Source: Candidatus Omnitrophota bacterium (GTDB lineage: Bacteria > Omnitrophota > Gorgyraeia > Zapsychrales > JBDRMG01). From it: a stretch of DNA of 64,000 nt. Shown piece by piece: positions 19,612 through 28,719 of this stretch; the stretch's first letter is position 1, and every line of letters starts with the position of its first letter. The position numbers were made by a program, and so were the translations under genes. The notes under the pieces were generated by a model. The model saw only the letters and a program-made list of their open reading frames with translations. It made no database searches and was not told the DNA's origin. The DNA lies in contig JBDRMG010000016.1 of NCBI GenBank assembly GCA_043812495.1, forward strand, positions 2,137 to 66,136, given 5' to 3'.

Positions 19612-21204
19612 TTACACCCTAAGCATTTTAACAAAGAGAATGTCTTTTTCTTTTCTTAATTTTTCAATAACGCTCTCAGGAACCTCGCTATCAACATTGA
19701 CGACGCTGATCACGCGTCCGCCCTGCGACTCCCGTCCGAAGGTAATCCCTCCGATATTGATATTGTCTTTGGCCAAAATCGTCCCAACCGCCCCAACGAT
19801 GCCTGGCCGGTCATTGTTATTGATAAACAGCATATGGCCCTCGGGTTTAGCCTCCACATAGACACTATTGACCTTAACAATGCGCGGTTGTTTGTTGCTG
19901 GATAAGGTCCCCCAAATCGCCAAGGGTTCTTTATCTGTTTTGACTTCAACACTGATCAGATTGACAAATTCAGCCTCTTCATTCGACGTGATTTCTTGAA
20001 TTTTGATAGCCCTCTCCTTGGCCACATCCATGGCATTCACGGCATTAACGGTTTCTTCACCCAGAATCGGAGAAAGCAGGCCATAGACGAGAGCCATGGT
20101 CACAGGAACAACTTTATACTCTGTCATCGCGCCGTTGTAGGTGATTTGGATTTCGTTGATTCGACCGCTTACCAATTGCCCGGCAAATCGGCCCATGCGC
20201 TCCGCTAAATCGATATAAGGTTCAAGGACCTTATAGCTTTTGGCATCGACCGACGGAAAGTTGGTCGCGTTCACAATGCCTTTGCCCAGAAGCGCATCGC
20301 GGATAATCTGAGCCACTTCGACAGCCACATTCACCTGAGCTTCAGAGGTGGAGGCTCCCAAATGAGGCGTCGCCACGCAATGATCGAATTTAAAAAGCGG
20401 AGAATCCGCGGGTGGTGGTTCAGTTTCATAAACATCCAACGCGCAACCGGCAATCTGACCGCTCTCCAAGGCTTTGATCAGGGCTTTCTCGTCAACAATA
20501 CCGCCTCTGGCGCAATTGATAATGCGCGCCGTCTTTTTCATTATGGCAAATTCCTTATCGGAAATCAGACTTTTTGTCTCAGCGCTTTTCGGCGTATGAA
20601 TCGTGATATAATCCGAGCGTTTCAATAGATCATTGAGTTCAACCATTTCCACTTCCATTTTTGAAGCAATCTCCATGGAAATAAAAGGATCGTAAGAAAT
20701 AATGGTCATACCGAAAGATTTCGCCATCCGCGCAATGCTTGAACCGATGCGGCCCAGACCGATAATCCCTAAAATCTTGCCGTGCAGCTCAACCCCAGTA
20801 AATTTGCTTCTCTCCCACTTGCCGCTTTTTAAAGAGGCGCAGGCCTGAGGAATATTCCTTGATAAAGCCAAAATCAGACTCATGGCATGCTCGGCCGTCG
20901 ATGTTGTGTTGCCGCCGGGCGTATTCATCACCACAATTCCTTTTTTGGTCGCGGCTTTTAAATCGACATTATCGACACCGACACCCGCTCGGCCGATGAA
21001 TTTCAATTTATCGGCAGCCTCGATAATATCCGCGGTCACCTTGGTTCCGCTGCGCACCACCAGGGCGTCATACTCTTTGATGATAGATTTTAATTCATCG
21101 GGTTTGATGCCGAATTTGCAATCCACCTCAAAATCCTTAACCTCTTTGAGGATGTCCACCCCTTCGGTGGCCATCTTGTCGCTCACTAAGATCTTTTTCT
21201 TCAT
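19612..21204 (-). CDS. serA: D-3-phosphoglycerate dehydrogenase with C-terminal ACT domain
   Basis: 2-hydroxyacid dehydrogenase fold (GIIGLGRIGS, NCARGG), a long C-terminal regulatory region, 530 aa. Confidence 0.92.
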   Translation of the reverse strand: MKKKILVSDKMATEGVDILKEVKDFEVDCKFGIKPDELKSIIKEYDALVVRSGTKVTADIIEAADKLKFIGRAGVGVDNVDLKAATKKGIVVMNTPGGNTTSTAEHAMSLILALSRNIPQACASLKSGKWERSKFTGVELHGKILGIIGLGRIGSSIARMAKSFGMTIISYDPFISMEIASKMEVEMVELNDLLKRSDYITIHTPKSAETKSLISDKEFAIMKKTARIINCARGGIVDEKALIKALESGQIAGCALDVYETEPPPADSPLFKFDHCVATPHLGASTSEAQVNVAVEVAQIIRDALLGKGIVNATNFPSVDAKSYKVLEPYIDLAERMGRFAGQLVSGRINEIQITYNGAMTEYKVVPVTMALVYGLLSPILGEETVNAVNAMDVAKERAIKIQEITSNEEAEFVNLISVEVKTDKEPLAIWGTLSSNKQPRIVKVNSVYVEAKPEGHMLFINNNDRPGIVGAVGTILAKDNINIGGITFGRESQGGRVISVVNVDSEVPESVIEKLRKEKDILFVKMLRV

Positions 21205-21207
21205 AGA

Positions 21208-22362
21208 CTACACTCCGATTTTTTGAGAATTCAATATTTTCTGAGCAGCCGCCACACCGGCTCCTTGCTTAAAGGCATAACCCATTTCTTTGAGAACCGT
21301 TTCTAAGCAGGAAATTCCCGCAATGAGATCCTCTTCGTTCACGCAACCCATGGTCGCAATGCGGAAAATTCTGCCTTTCATATCACCTTGTCCGCCGGCC
21401 ATCGTTACTCCATAGGTATCTCTCATGGTCTTGACTAATTTTCCGCCGTCCATTCCCTCCGGAACCTTAACGGCTGTGACCGCATTCGAAAGACAAGACT
21501 CATCCGTGTAAAGAGACAATCCTAAGGCCTTCATGGCTGCCCTGGCTGCTTGAGCTAAGCGGGTAAAATAAGCGAAGTGCTCCTGAAGACCGCGTTGCTT
21601 GATCAGCTTGATGCTCTCGTTAAGGGCGATAATCAAAGTAATCGCTGACGTATAGGCTGTATCTGTTTTATCCGCAGCTTTTTTGGCTTTTTTAAGATCT
21701 AAATAATATTTCGGGCTCTTGGATTGTTCAACGAGCTTCCAGGCTTTTGCACTCAGACTGATAAACGCAAGCCCGGGGGGGAGCATAAAGCCTTTTTGAG
21801 AACCTGAGACAACAACATCCACAGACCATTGATCCATGGGGAGATCATCGACGCTTAATCCGCTGATCGCATCAACCACGCAAACGGCATTCGTTTTCTT
21901 CACAATATTCGCAATCGCCTGAATATCCGTTTTGACACCCGTGGATGTCTCGCATTGAGTCACAAAAACAGCTTTGATGTCTTTGTCATTTTTGAGAGCG
22001 TTCTCAATCTGCGCGGGCTCTACGGCCTTTCCCCATGGCACCTGGATGACTTTTGGCTCAATTTTATAGGCTTTGCATAATTCCGTCCATCGCTCGCCGA
22101 ATTTTCCGCCTTCAACTGTAATGGCCTTATCACCCGGCGACAATAAATTACAGACCGCGGCTTCCATCGCGCCTGTTCCCGAGGAAGCCAGGATAAAAAC
22201 GTCATTCTGAGTTTGAAAAATATATTTGAGCCCTTCAAAGGCCTCTTTGAGATGCGCCTGAAACTGCGGCGTACGATGATGAATAATGGGCTTAGCAAAA
22301 GAAGCGTACACCTCCTCCGGTACTTTGGTCGGACCCGGCGTGAGTAACAAGTTGGTCTTCAT
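21208..22362 (-). CDS. Class V aminotransferase, probable phosphoserine/serine-pyruvate aminotransferase partner of serA
   Basis: 384 aa with TPGPT at the N-terminus and an SGSQKG PLP-lysine motif. It lies 4 nt downstream of serA. Confidence 0.75.
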   Translation of the reverse strand: MKTNLLLTPGPTKVPEEVYASFAKPIIHHRTPQFQAHLKEAFEGLKYIFQTQNDVFILASSGTGAMEAAVCNLLSPGDKAITVEGGKFGERWTELCKAYKIEPKVIQVPWGKAVEPAQIENALKNDKDIKAVFVTQCETSTGVKTDIQAIANIVKKTNAVCVVDAISGLSVDDLPMDQWSVDVVVSGSQKGFMLPPGLAFISLSAKAWKLVEQSKSPKYYLDLKKAKKAADKTDTAYTSAITLIIALNESIKLIKQRGLQEHFAYFTRLAQAARAAMKALGLSLYTDESCLSNAVTAVKVPEGMDGGKLVKTMRDTYGVTMAGGQGDMKGRIFRIATMGCVNEEDLIAGISCLETVLKEMGYAFKQGAGVAAAQKILNSQKIGV

Positions 22363-22388
22363 GGAATTGATCCTTTCTGATATTTATT

Positions 22389-22997
22389 TTATTTCTTCTC
22401 ACCCGCATGAAGAATGACTTCATCGACGATTCCGTAATCTTTGGCTTCGCTCGCTGTCATAAAGAAATCCCGGTCCGCATCGGTTTCGACTCTTTCTAGC
22501 GGTTGGCCGGTGTGCTTAGAAAGAATTTCGTTAAGTTGTTTTTTAATGCGTAAGATTTCCTTGGCCTGAATGGAAATATCGCTGGCCGCGCCCTGTGTTC
22601 CGCCCCAGGGTTGATGAATCATCACGCGCGAATAAGGAAGCGCAAACCGTTTTCCTTTTCTGCCGCTTGACAATAAAAGAGCCCCCATGCTCGCGGCCTG
22701 ACCAATGCAATAGGTACAAACATCCGGCTTAACAAACTGAATGGTGTCATAAATCGCCAAACCTGCCGTGACAGATCCGCCGGGCGTATTGACATAGAGG
22801 TTAATGTCCTTAGACGCATCTTCGGATTGCAAGAATAATAATTGCGCAATGATGAGATTAGCGACATTATCGTCAATCATCGTTCCGACGAAAATGATGC
22901 GTTCTTTGAGCAGACGCGAATAAATATCGTAAGCTCTTTCGGCATGACCACTTTTCTCGATGACCATAGGAATTAAAATTTGTGATTTTGGATCCAT
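22389..22997 (-). CDS. clpP: ATP-dependent Clp protease proteolytic subunit (start at MDPKSQ behind an AAGGAGGG RBS)
   Basis: Catalytic triad context GQAASMGA and HQP, full ClpP length. Confidence 0.93.
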   Translation of the reverse strand: MDPKSQILIPMVIEKSGHAERAYDIYSRLLKERIIFVGTMIDDNVANLIIAQLLFLQSEDASKDINLYVNTPGGSVTAGLAIYDTIQFVKPDVCTYCIGQAASMGALLLSSGRKGKRFALPYSRVMIHQPWGGTQGAASDISIQAKEILRIKKQLNEILSKHTGQPLERVETDADRDFFMTASEAKDYGIVDEVILHAGEKK

Positions 22998-23020
22998 TGA
23001 CTTTCCCTCCTTTAATGAGT

Positions 23021-23059
23021 GCATTGGCTTACGCGACCGAAGGGAGCGTAAGTCAATGC
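23021..23059 (-). promoter_or_regulatory. Leader hairpin with CCGAAGG-containing loop immediately upstream of the clpP RBS
   Basis: GCATTGGCTTACGC/GACCGAAGGGA/GCGTAAGTCAATGC inverted repeat. Its counterpart is upstream of ilvC. Confidence 0.5.
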
Positions 23060-23060
23060 A

Positions 23061-23184
23061 CGAATTAAACCCCCACACCAATTTCAGTTGGAGTGCTGAG
23101 TTTATTTAGAGAATTTTTATTATGATTTAACCTCATCTTTAAATTTTCATTCACCGTGTCAAATTGGTGTGGGGGCAAATTCGG
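23061..23184. repeat. Copy A of a MITE-like composite element: 24-bp terminal inverted repeats (CGAATTAAACCCCCACACCAATTT ... AAATTGGTGTGGGGGCAAATTCGG) flanking ~76 bp of AT-rich DNA
   Basis: A perfect inverted repeat is seen directly. A second copy with the same arm sequence lies at 60607..60721. Confidence 0.7.
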
Positions 23185-23202
23185 ACAAACAACTTGCATT
23201 CA

Positions 23203-24111
23203 CTACGTTCTGCAAGTTGTGTCCTCATTTGCCCAGGTGGCTTCCTTTAATAAAAACTCGATAACTTTATTCACCATATTTTCTTGCCTCTGGATCTCAA
23301 TTTTTTCAAGCTGAGCAATTTTCTCCACAATAAAATAGACCTTCAGATCCTTTTCGGCAACCTTTTCCAAATCCTTGCGCATTTGATCTTCCTTCTTGGC
23401 TATGTCGTCTTCCTTGAGACCCTGCTGTTTCATGCGCTCTTTCGTTTCTGAGAGACGGTGTTCAAGCTGTTTCTTAACGACTGCTTGAGGAACAGTCACT
23501 TTGGTATTCTTTAACAGATGTTCGACGATCTGATTTTCGACGTCAAAACGATTTTGCCGATCCTTGTCCACTTCCATTTGTCTTTTGAGAGAGTCTTTGA
23601 ACGCATCAAGGCTCGGATATCCAAGACTTTTAGCGAAACCATCATCAACCTTGGCCTCTTTTTCCTGACCTTGTCCCTTTTTGAACATATCAAAAACTTT
23701 ATTGATTTCCTCATCTTTTACCGCGGAACTCTTTCGCGTCACCTTGATCCCTTTATAATCTTTGACAATGATATCCGGCCGAATATCAAATTTCGCCGTA
23801 AAAGAAATAATGCCGTCCTTAAAAGACACGTCTTGAATTTCCGGTAGATCAATCGGTAATAACTGCTCTTTTTCGACACCCTCCTGATAAACTTCGGGGA
23901 TAACCTTCTGAATGGTTTCTTCCTGAGCCAGCTTTCCATAATGAGATTCCAGAATTTCTTTCGGAACCTTGCCCGGCCGAAATCCTTTGACCTTGGCTTC
24001 TTTGCCGATTTCTTTATAGACATCATCCATGGCTTGAGTCACGCGGTCTTTCGGAACCTCGATTTTCATCTCTCGTCTTGTTGCATCAATTTTTTTGACT
24101 TCCACTTTCAT
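23203..24111 (-). CDS. tig: Trigger factor, short form lacking the FKBP-type PPIase domain
   Basis: N-terminal ribosome-binding domain with the GFRPGKVP signature joined directly to a TF C-terminal helical domain. It is 302 aa against the usual ~430 aa, and is located upstream of clpP. Confidence 0.8.
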   Translation of the reverse strand: MKVEVKKIDATRREMKIEVPKDRVTQAMDDVYKEIGKEAKVKGFRPGKVPKEILESHYGKLAQEETIQKVIPEVYQEGVEKEQLLPIDLPEIQDVSFKDGIISFTAKFDIRPDIIVKDYKGIKVTRKSSAVKDEEINKVFDMFKKGQGQEKEAKVDDGFAKSLGYPSLDAFKDSLKRQMEVDKDRQNRFDVENQIVEHLLKNTKVTVPQAVVKKQLEHRLSETKERMKQQGLKEDDIAKKEDQMRKDLEKVAEKDLKVYFIVEKIAQLEKIEIQRQENMVNKVIEFLLKEATWANEDTTCRT

Positions 24112-24129
24112 CGATGATGTAATCCTTTC

Positions 24130-24852
24130 TTACATGCGGAATTTCTCACCCAGATAGAGTTCCTTGGCCTTGGGATCGTTGATCAATTGATCCGCCGTGC
24201 CGGAAATCAAAACCTTTCCGTCGGCAATCAAGTACGACCGATCGGTGATGGAAAGGGTTTCGCGCACATTATGGTCTGTTAATAAAATTCCTAAGCCTCT
24301 ATTTTTCAAATCTTTGATGATTTCCTGAGCTTCGGCCACGACAATCGGATCAATCCCCGAAAAAGGCTCATCCAAAAGAATAAAAGACGGATTGGTGACA
24401 AGCGCCCTCGTAATCTCAAGGCGCCGGCGTTCCCCTCCGGAAAGCGTATAGGCCCTGCTTTTCGCTAAATGGGCGATGTTGAGTTCTTCCAACAATGAGG
24501 CGAGCCTGCGCTTGCGCTCGCGCGGGCTGATTTCCAAAGTTTCTAAGATTGCCATGATATTCTCTTCAACCGTTAATTTACGGAAGATGGACGGTTCCTG
24601 CGCCAAGTACCCGATTCCCAGATGCGAGCGTTCGTGAATCGATTTTCGGGTGATATTTTCCTGATCAAAAATAATCTGGCCTTCATTAGGCTGGATAATG
24701 CCGACCACCATATAAAAGGTGGTTGTTTTTCCGGCGCCGTTGGGTCCCAAAAGCCCGACGATTTCCGAACGCCGAACGGAAATGCTCAGGCCATCGACAA
24801 CCCGCCGGCCGCCATATATTTTGACAAGATTATTCGTCTCCAAAAGATACAT
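24130..24852 (-). CDS. lptB: LPS export ABC transporter ATP-binding protein
   Basis: Walker A GPNGAGKTT, the signature LSGGERRRLEI and Walker B ILLDEP, 240 aa, adjacent to lptA/C. Confidence 0.92.
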   Translation of the reverse strand: MYLLETNNLVKIYGGRRVVDGLSISVRRSEIVGLLGPNGAGKTTTFYMVVGIIQPNEGQIIFDQENITRKSIHERSHLGIGYLAQEPSIFRKLTVEENIMAILETLEISPRERKRRLASLLEELNIAHLAKSRAYTLSGGERRRLEITRALVTNPSFILLDEPFSGIDPIVVAEAQEIIKDLKNRGLGILLTDHNVRETLSITDRSYLIADGKVLISGTADQLINDPKAKELYLGEKFRM

Positions 24853-25678
24853 CGGAGCCTTCCTCTGCGTAAAAAATCAATTTTGGCCGCCCGGACAGAA
24901 TCACCCTTTGATGTTCAGCTTTATACACGGCCTTTTCAGAATAGCTGGCATTATCTCCCTGGAAAATCTTCACATTTCCGGTACAGATCATTTCTGTAAT
25001 CTTATTGGATTGAGAATCAAAAAAGACTTCCATCTTGTCCGCCAAAAGCCGGCGATCTCCGTCAACAGCCACAACATTATTGTTGAAAATGGCGTTTTGT
25101 TCTTCATAATTGATTTCCAAAGGACCATCGCATGTAATAGTAATTTTTCTTTTCCCTTTGTCCTTCGATTCAACATCAACCGTAACACTAACTTCTTCGT
25201 TGAGTTGAGCTGCGTTTAAACCCGGGTTGGCCTTGGCTCCCTTGCCAACGGCGAGCATGCTCTCTTTTTTGATGACGACTTCGTCGTCCGTGCTGACTAA
25301 GTCCACATCTCGTTCCCAATTCAGCGAATCGGTCACCAGGGTCGCGCCGCTTTCCGTTGTGATAATCACATCGTTTTCAAGAAACATATTTCCGCTTGTC
25401 TTGTTCATGGTTCCGTCTTTAGCCGTTAAATGCATAACATCTTCACCATAGTTATTGGCGACAATATTTTTTATCTTAATGGTCTCTCCCAGAATATCTG
25501 CTGAATCTCCCTTGACATCCCAAGATTTCTGCCCTGTTCCATTGAAGCCGGATAAGGTAAAGCCTTCGAATTGCTGCGGTGTTTCTTCAGCGGCCGCAAG
25601 CCCTGCTGAGCAAAGAATAACGGCCAAAAGGAGGGTAATGCTTTTTAGCATGCGTAACGCTCGATCACTTTCTGCCAT
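24830..25678 (-). CDS. LptA/LptC (OstA-like) periplasmic LPS transport protein
   Basis: Signal peptide followed by OstA-like beta-jellyroll repeats, 282 aa, in an lptC/A-lptB context. Confidence 0.7.
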   Translation of the reverse strand: MAESDRALRMLKSITLLLAVILCSAGLAAAEETPQQFEGFTLSGFNGTGQKSWDVKGDSADILGETIKIKNIVANNYGEDVMHLTAKDGTMNKTSGNMFLENDVIITTESGATLVTDSLNWERDVDLVSTDDEVVIKKESMLAVGKGAKANPGLNAAQLNEEVSVTVDVESKDKGKRKITITCDGPLEINYEEQNAIFNNNVVAVDGDRRLLADKMEVFFDSQSNKITEMICTGNVKIFQGDNASYSEKAVYKAEHQRVILSGRPKLIFYAEEGSDVSFGDE

Positions 25679-26160
25679 TTGCCCTGCGCCTTTAAGATCA
25701 ATTCAACAACTTCACGGACCGCGCCTTCGCCGCCTTTGCGCAGGGTGATATAATCCGCTTCTTTCTTGGCCTCCTGGCATGCGTTGGCCACGCAAACGGC
25801 AAAGCCGACACGCTTGAGAATCTGAAGATCAATCAGATCATCGCCGATAAAGCAAACATTCTCATCTTTGACTTTGAAATAACGCAGCAGCTTCTGATAA
25901 GCGCCGATTTTGGGATCCGCATTCTGATAAACCTTATCAATCTTTAATCCCTTGGCGCGTACATTCACAACCTTGGAATATCGCCCGGTCAAAAAAGCAG
26001 TTTTGATGCCTACGCGCTTAGCCAAAACAAGGGCAAAACCGTCATAAATATCAAAACTTTTTATCTCCTGGCCCCGGCTGTCCAAAGTAATCTTGGCATC
26101 GGTAAGAACGCCGTCGACATCGCAAACCAAAACCTTAATTTTTTTAATAGCCTCATTCAT
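25645..26160 (-). CDS. kdsC: 3-deoxy-D-manno-octulosonate 8-phosphate phosphatase
   Basis: HAD motif VLVCDVDGVLTD and a GDDLIDL motif. Confidence 0.88.
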   Translation of the reverse strand: MNEAIKKIKVLVCDVDGVLTDAKITLDSRGQEIKSFDIYDGFALVLAKRVGIKTAFLTGRYSKVVNVRAKGLKIDKVYQNADPKIGAYQKLLRYFKVKDENVCFIGDDLIDLQILKRVGFAVCVANACQEAKKEADYITLRKGGEGAVREVVELILKAQGKWQKVIERYAC

Positions 26161-26167
26161 CGTGTCA

Positions 26168-27127
26168 TCAAACCAATCCTGCTTTAAGGATGTCTTGGAC
26201 ATCCAGGAGACCGACGCACTTTTTCTTCTTATCCACTACGGGAATTTCATCAATTTTATGGTCCTGAAGGATCTTTAAGGCCTCGGCGGCCAAATGATCC
26301 TTGAGGATCGCCTTGGGATTTTTGGTCATCACTTCCTTGACTCTTCTTTTCAAAATATGGGAATCAATCTCCAGCTGGCGTCGCAGATCTCCGTCGGTAA
26401 AAATCCCGACAAGCTGTCCTTTGGAATTAACGACGCACGCCGAACCACAGCGAGCACGCGTGATGGCGAGCATAACATCTTTAACGCACGTCTGTTCTCT
26501 GACCCGCGGATTATAGGAACCGGTGCGCATAATATCTTCGACCTTTAAAAGCAAACGACGACCCAAAGCCCCTCCGGGATGAAAAACGGCAAAATCTTCT
26601 TTCTTGAACTTTTTTCGATCGATCAAGCAAGCGGCTAAAGCATCGCCCATGACTAAGGTTGCTGTCGTAGAGGCCATCGGAGCTAACCCAAGAGGACACC
26701 CTTCTTGTTTGACAGAGACATCTAAAACAACATCGCTATATTTGGCAAGGCTTGACTTAAGGTTGCCTGTCATAGCGATAGTCTTCACTCCCATCTTTTT
26801 CATAAAAGGAAGAAGCTTCTTGATTTCAACTGTCTCTCCGCTGTTAGAAATCAAAATACAAACGTCTTGATAAGTGACTTGCCCAAGATCTCCGTGAATG
26901 GCTTCGGCGCAATGCATCCAAATGCTCGGCGTTCCTGTCGAAGATAAAGTGGCTGCAATTTTGCGGCCGATAATTCCTGTTTTACCCATACCTGTTACAA
27001 TCACTCGGCCGCGGGATTTCATAATCAAATCAACAGCGGCAACAAAATTCTTATCCATGCGCTTTGTTAACGCTCGAATGGCATCGGCCTCGATGCGCAC
27101 AACTTCTTTGGCTCTTTTAATAGACAT
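26168..27127 (-). CDS. kdsD: Arabinose-5-phosphate isomerase (KpsF/GutQ family)
   Basis: SIS domain (VTGMGKTG, SNSGET) plus a tandem CBS pair, 319 aa. Confidence 0.9.
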   Translation of the reverse strand: MSIKRAKEVVRIEADAIRALTKRMDKNFVAAVDLIMKSRGRVIVTGMGKTGIIGRKIAATLSSTGTPSIWMHCAEAIHGDLGQVTYQDVCILISNSGETVEIKKLLPFMKKMGVKTIAMTGNLKSSLAKYSDVVLDVSVKQEGCPLGLAPMASTTATLVMGDALAACLIDRKKFKKEDFAVFHPGGALGRRLLLKVEDIMRTGSYNPRVREQTCVKDVMLAITRARCGSACVVNSKGQLVGIFTDGDLRRQLEIDSHILKRRVKEVMTKNPKAILKDHLAAEALKILQDHKIDEIPVVDKKKKCVGLLDVQDILKAGLV

Positions 27128-27141
27128 TCTTATCCCCTTAA

Positions 27142-27969
27142 TTATCGTTTCCTTTTAACAACTTCATCTATGGCCTTGAGCTCTTTGAGAAGACTTTCTA
27201 ACTCTTTAAGGGACAGCATATTTGGGCCGTCGGAAAGAGCCTTCTTGGGATCAGGATGGACTTCCATGAAAATGGCGCTGCAACCCGCCGCAACAGCGCA
27301 TCGGGCTAAAAGCGGAATAAATTCACAGTTTCCTCCGGAAGCCGTTCCTAGCCCTCCGGGCTGCTGAACGCTGTGAGAGGCATCAAAGACCACCGGATAT
27401 CCGGTTTCGCGCATGATAGCGAGTGAACGAAAATCACTCACCAGATTATTGTATCCGAAACTCACGCCTCGTTCCGTTAAAAGAATTTTTTTATTTCCTG
27501 TTTTTTCGACCTTTTTAATCACTTGCTTCATATCCCAAGGAGCCAAAAATTGTCCCTTTTTGATATTCACGATTTTCCCTGTTTGCCCGGCCGCCACCAG
27601 AAGATCTGTTTGCCGGCACAAGAAGGCGGGTATCTGGATAATATCCAGAACGCTTTTGGCGCGCAAAACCTCACCGACGCTGTGAACATCACTTAAAACA
27701 GGAACACCGACCTTGTCTTTAACGTCTTTGAGAATTCTCAAACCTTTATCAATGCCCAGCCCGCGAAACGATGCAATCGAAGTCCGGTTCGCTTTGTCAT
27801 AACTCGCTTTAAAGATAAAAGGAATCTTGAGCCGACTCGTCATTTTCTTAAGCGCTTTAGCGCTTTGAAGTGTTATTTCTTCGCTTTCAATGACGCAAGG
27901 ACCGGCAATCAAAACCAGGGGATTTTGATTGCCTAAGGAAATCTTTTGACACTTAACGACTCTATCCAT
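27142..27969 (-). CDS. kdsA: 2-dehydro-3-deoxyphosphooctonate aldolase (KDO8P synthase)
   Basis: LIAGPCVIES, KASYDKANR and DASHSVQ motifs. Confidence 0.93.
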   Translation of the reverse strand: MDRVVKCQKISLGNQNPLVLIAGPCVIESEEITLQSAKALKKMTSRLKIPFIFKASYDKANRTSIASFRGLGIDKGLRILKDVKDKVGVPVLSDVHSVGEVLRAKSVLDIIQIPAFLCRQTDLLVAAGQTGKIVNIKKGQFLAPWDMKQVIKKVEKTGNKKILLTERGVSFGYNNLVSDFRSLAIMRETGYPVVFDASHSVQQPGGLGTASGGNCEFIPLLARCAVAAGCSAIFMEVHPDPKKALSDGPNMLSLKELESLLKELKAIDEVVKRKR

Positions 27970-28708
27970 TTTCCGCTTCCCTCTTTAACAATTTTTCTGC
28001 TTCAAAAAGATCTTCTCTGACATCGATACCGGCTGTCGGACGGTCTGTTTCCACGGTTTTAATTTTGGTACCGGCCTGCAGAATCCTTAACTGCTCGAGT
28101 TGCTCTACTTGCTCCAACTGTGAGTGAGGTAAGCCTTTAAAAGACATCAAGAATTTTCTTCGGTACGCATAGATTCCCAAATGTTTGTAATAACCAATCG
28201 TTTTTGTAGCCATTTTAGCGCGGTTAAAGGGGATCACAGAGCGCGAGAAATACAGCGCATAATGATCCTTATCGATAACAACTTTGACAATATTCGGATT
28301 TTCCAATTCTTTTTCATAATCGATCGCTTTAATGGCGGTTGCCACCATGCAGGAGCGATCCTCTTTTAAGGCCTTGACCAAACCATCGATAATGCTGTGA
28401 TGAATTAAGGGTTCATCGCCTTGGATATTCACAATGATGTCAGCCTCTAAATCCTTGGCCGCCTCAATAAGACGGTCAGACCCCGACGGATGATCTTTGC
28501 TTGTCAAAATAGCCTTGGCTTTAAACTCTTTCGCCTTAGCAAGAATTCTTTCGTCATCGCAGGCAATGATCAGATCCTTGAGCGCCTTGCTTTGCTTGGC
28601 CCTCTCCCAAACATGTTGAAGCACGGGTTTCCCGCAAAGATTGGCTAAAACCTTGCCTTCAAAACGCGTTGCTCCGTAACGAGCGGGAATAATGCCAATG
28701 GCTCTCAT
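27962..28708 (-). CDS. kdsB: 3-deoxy-manno-octulosonate cytidylyltransferase
   Basis: IIPARYGATRFEGK and QGDEP motifs, 248 aa. Confidence 0.92.
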   Translation of the reverse strand: MRAIGIIPARYGATRFEGKVLANLCGKPVLQHVWERAKQSKALKDLIIACDDERILAKAKEFKAKAILTSKDHPSGSDRLIEAAKDLEADIIVNIQGDEPLIHHSIIDGLVKALKEDRSCMVATAIKAIDYEKELENPNIVKVVIDKDHYALYFSRSVIPFNRAKMATKTIGYYKHLGIYAYRRKFLMSFKGLPHSQLEQVEQLEQLRILQAGTKIKTVETDRPTAGIDVREDLFEAEKLLKREAENG

Positions 28709-28719
28709 GAAATCCTCAC

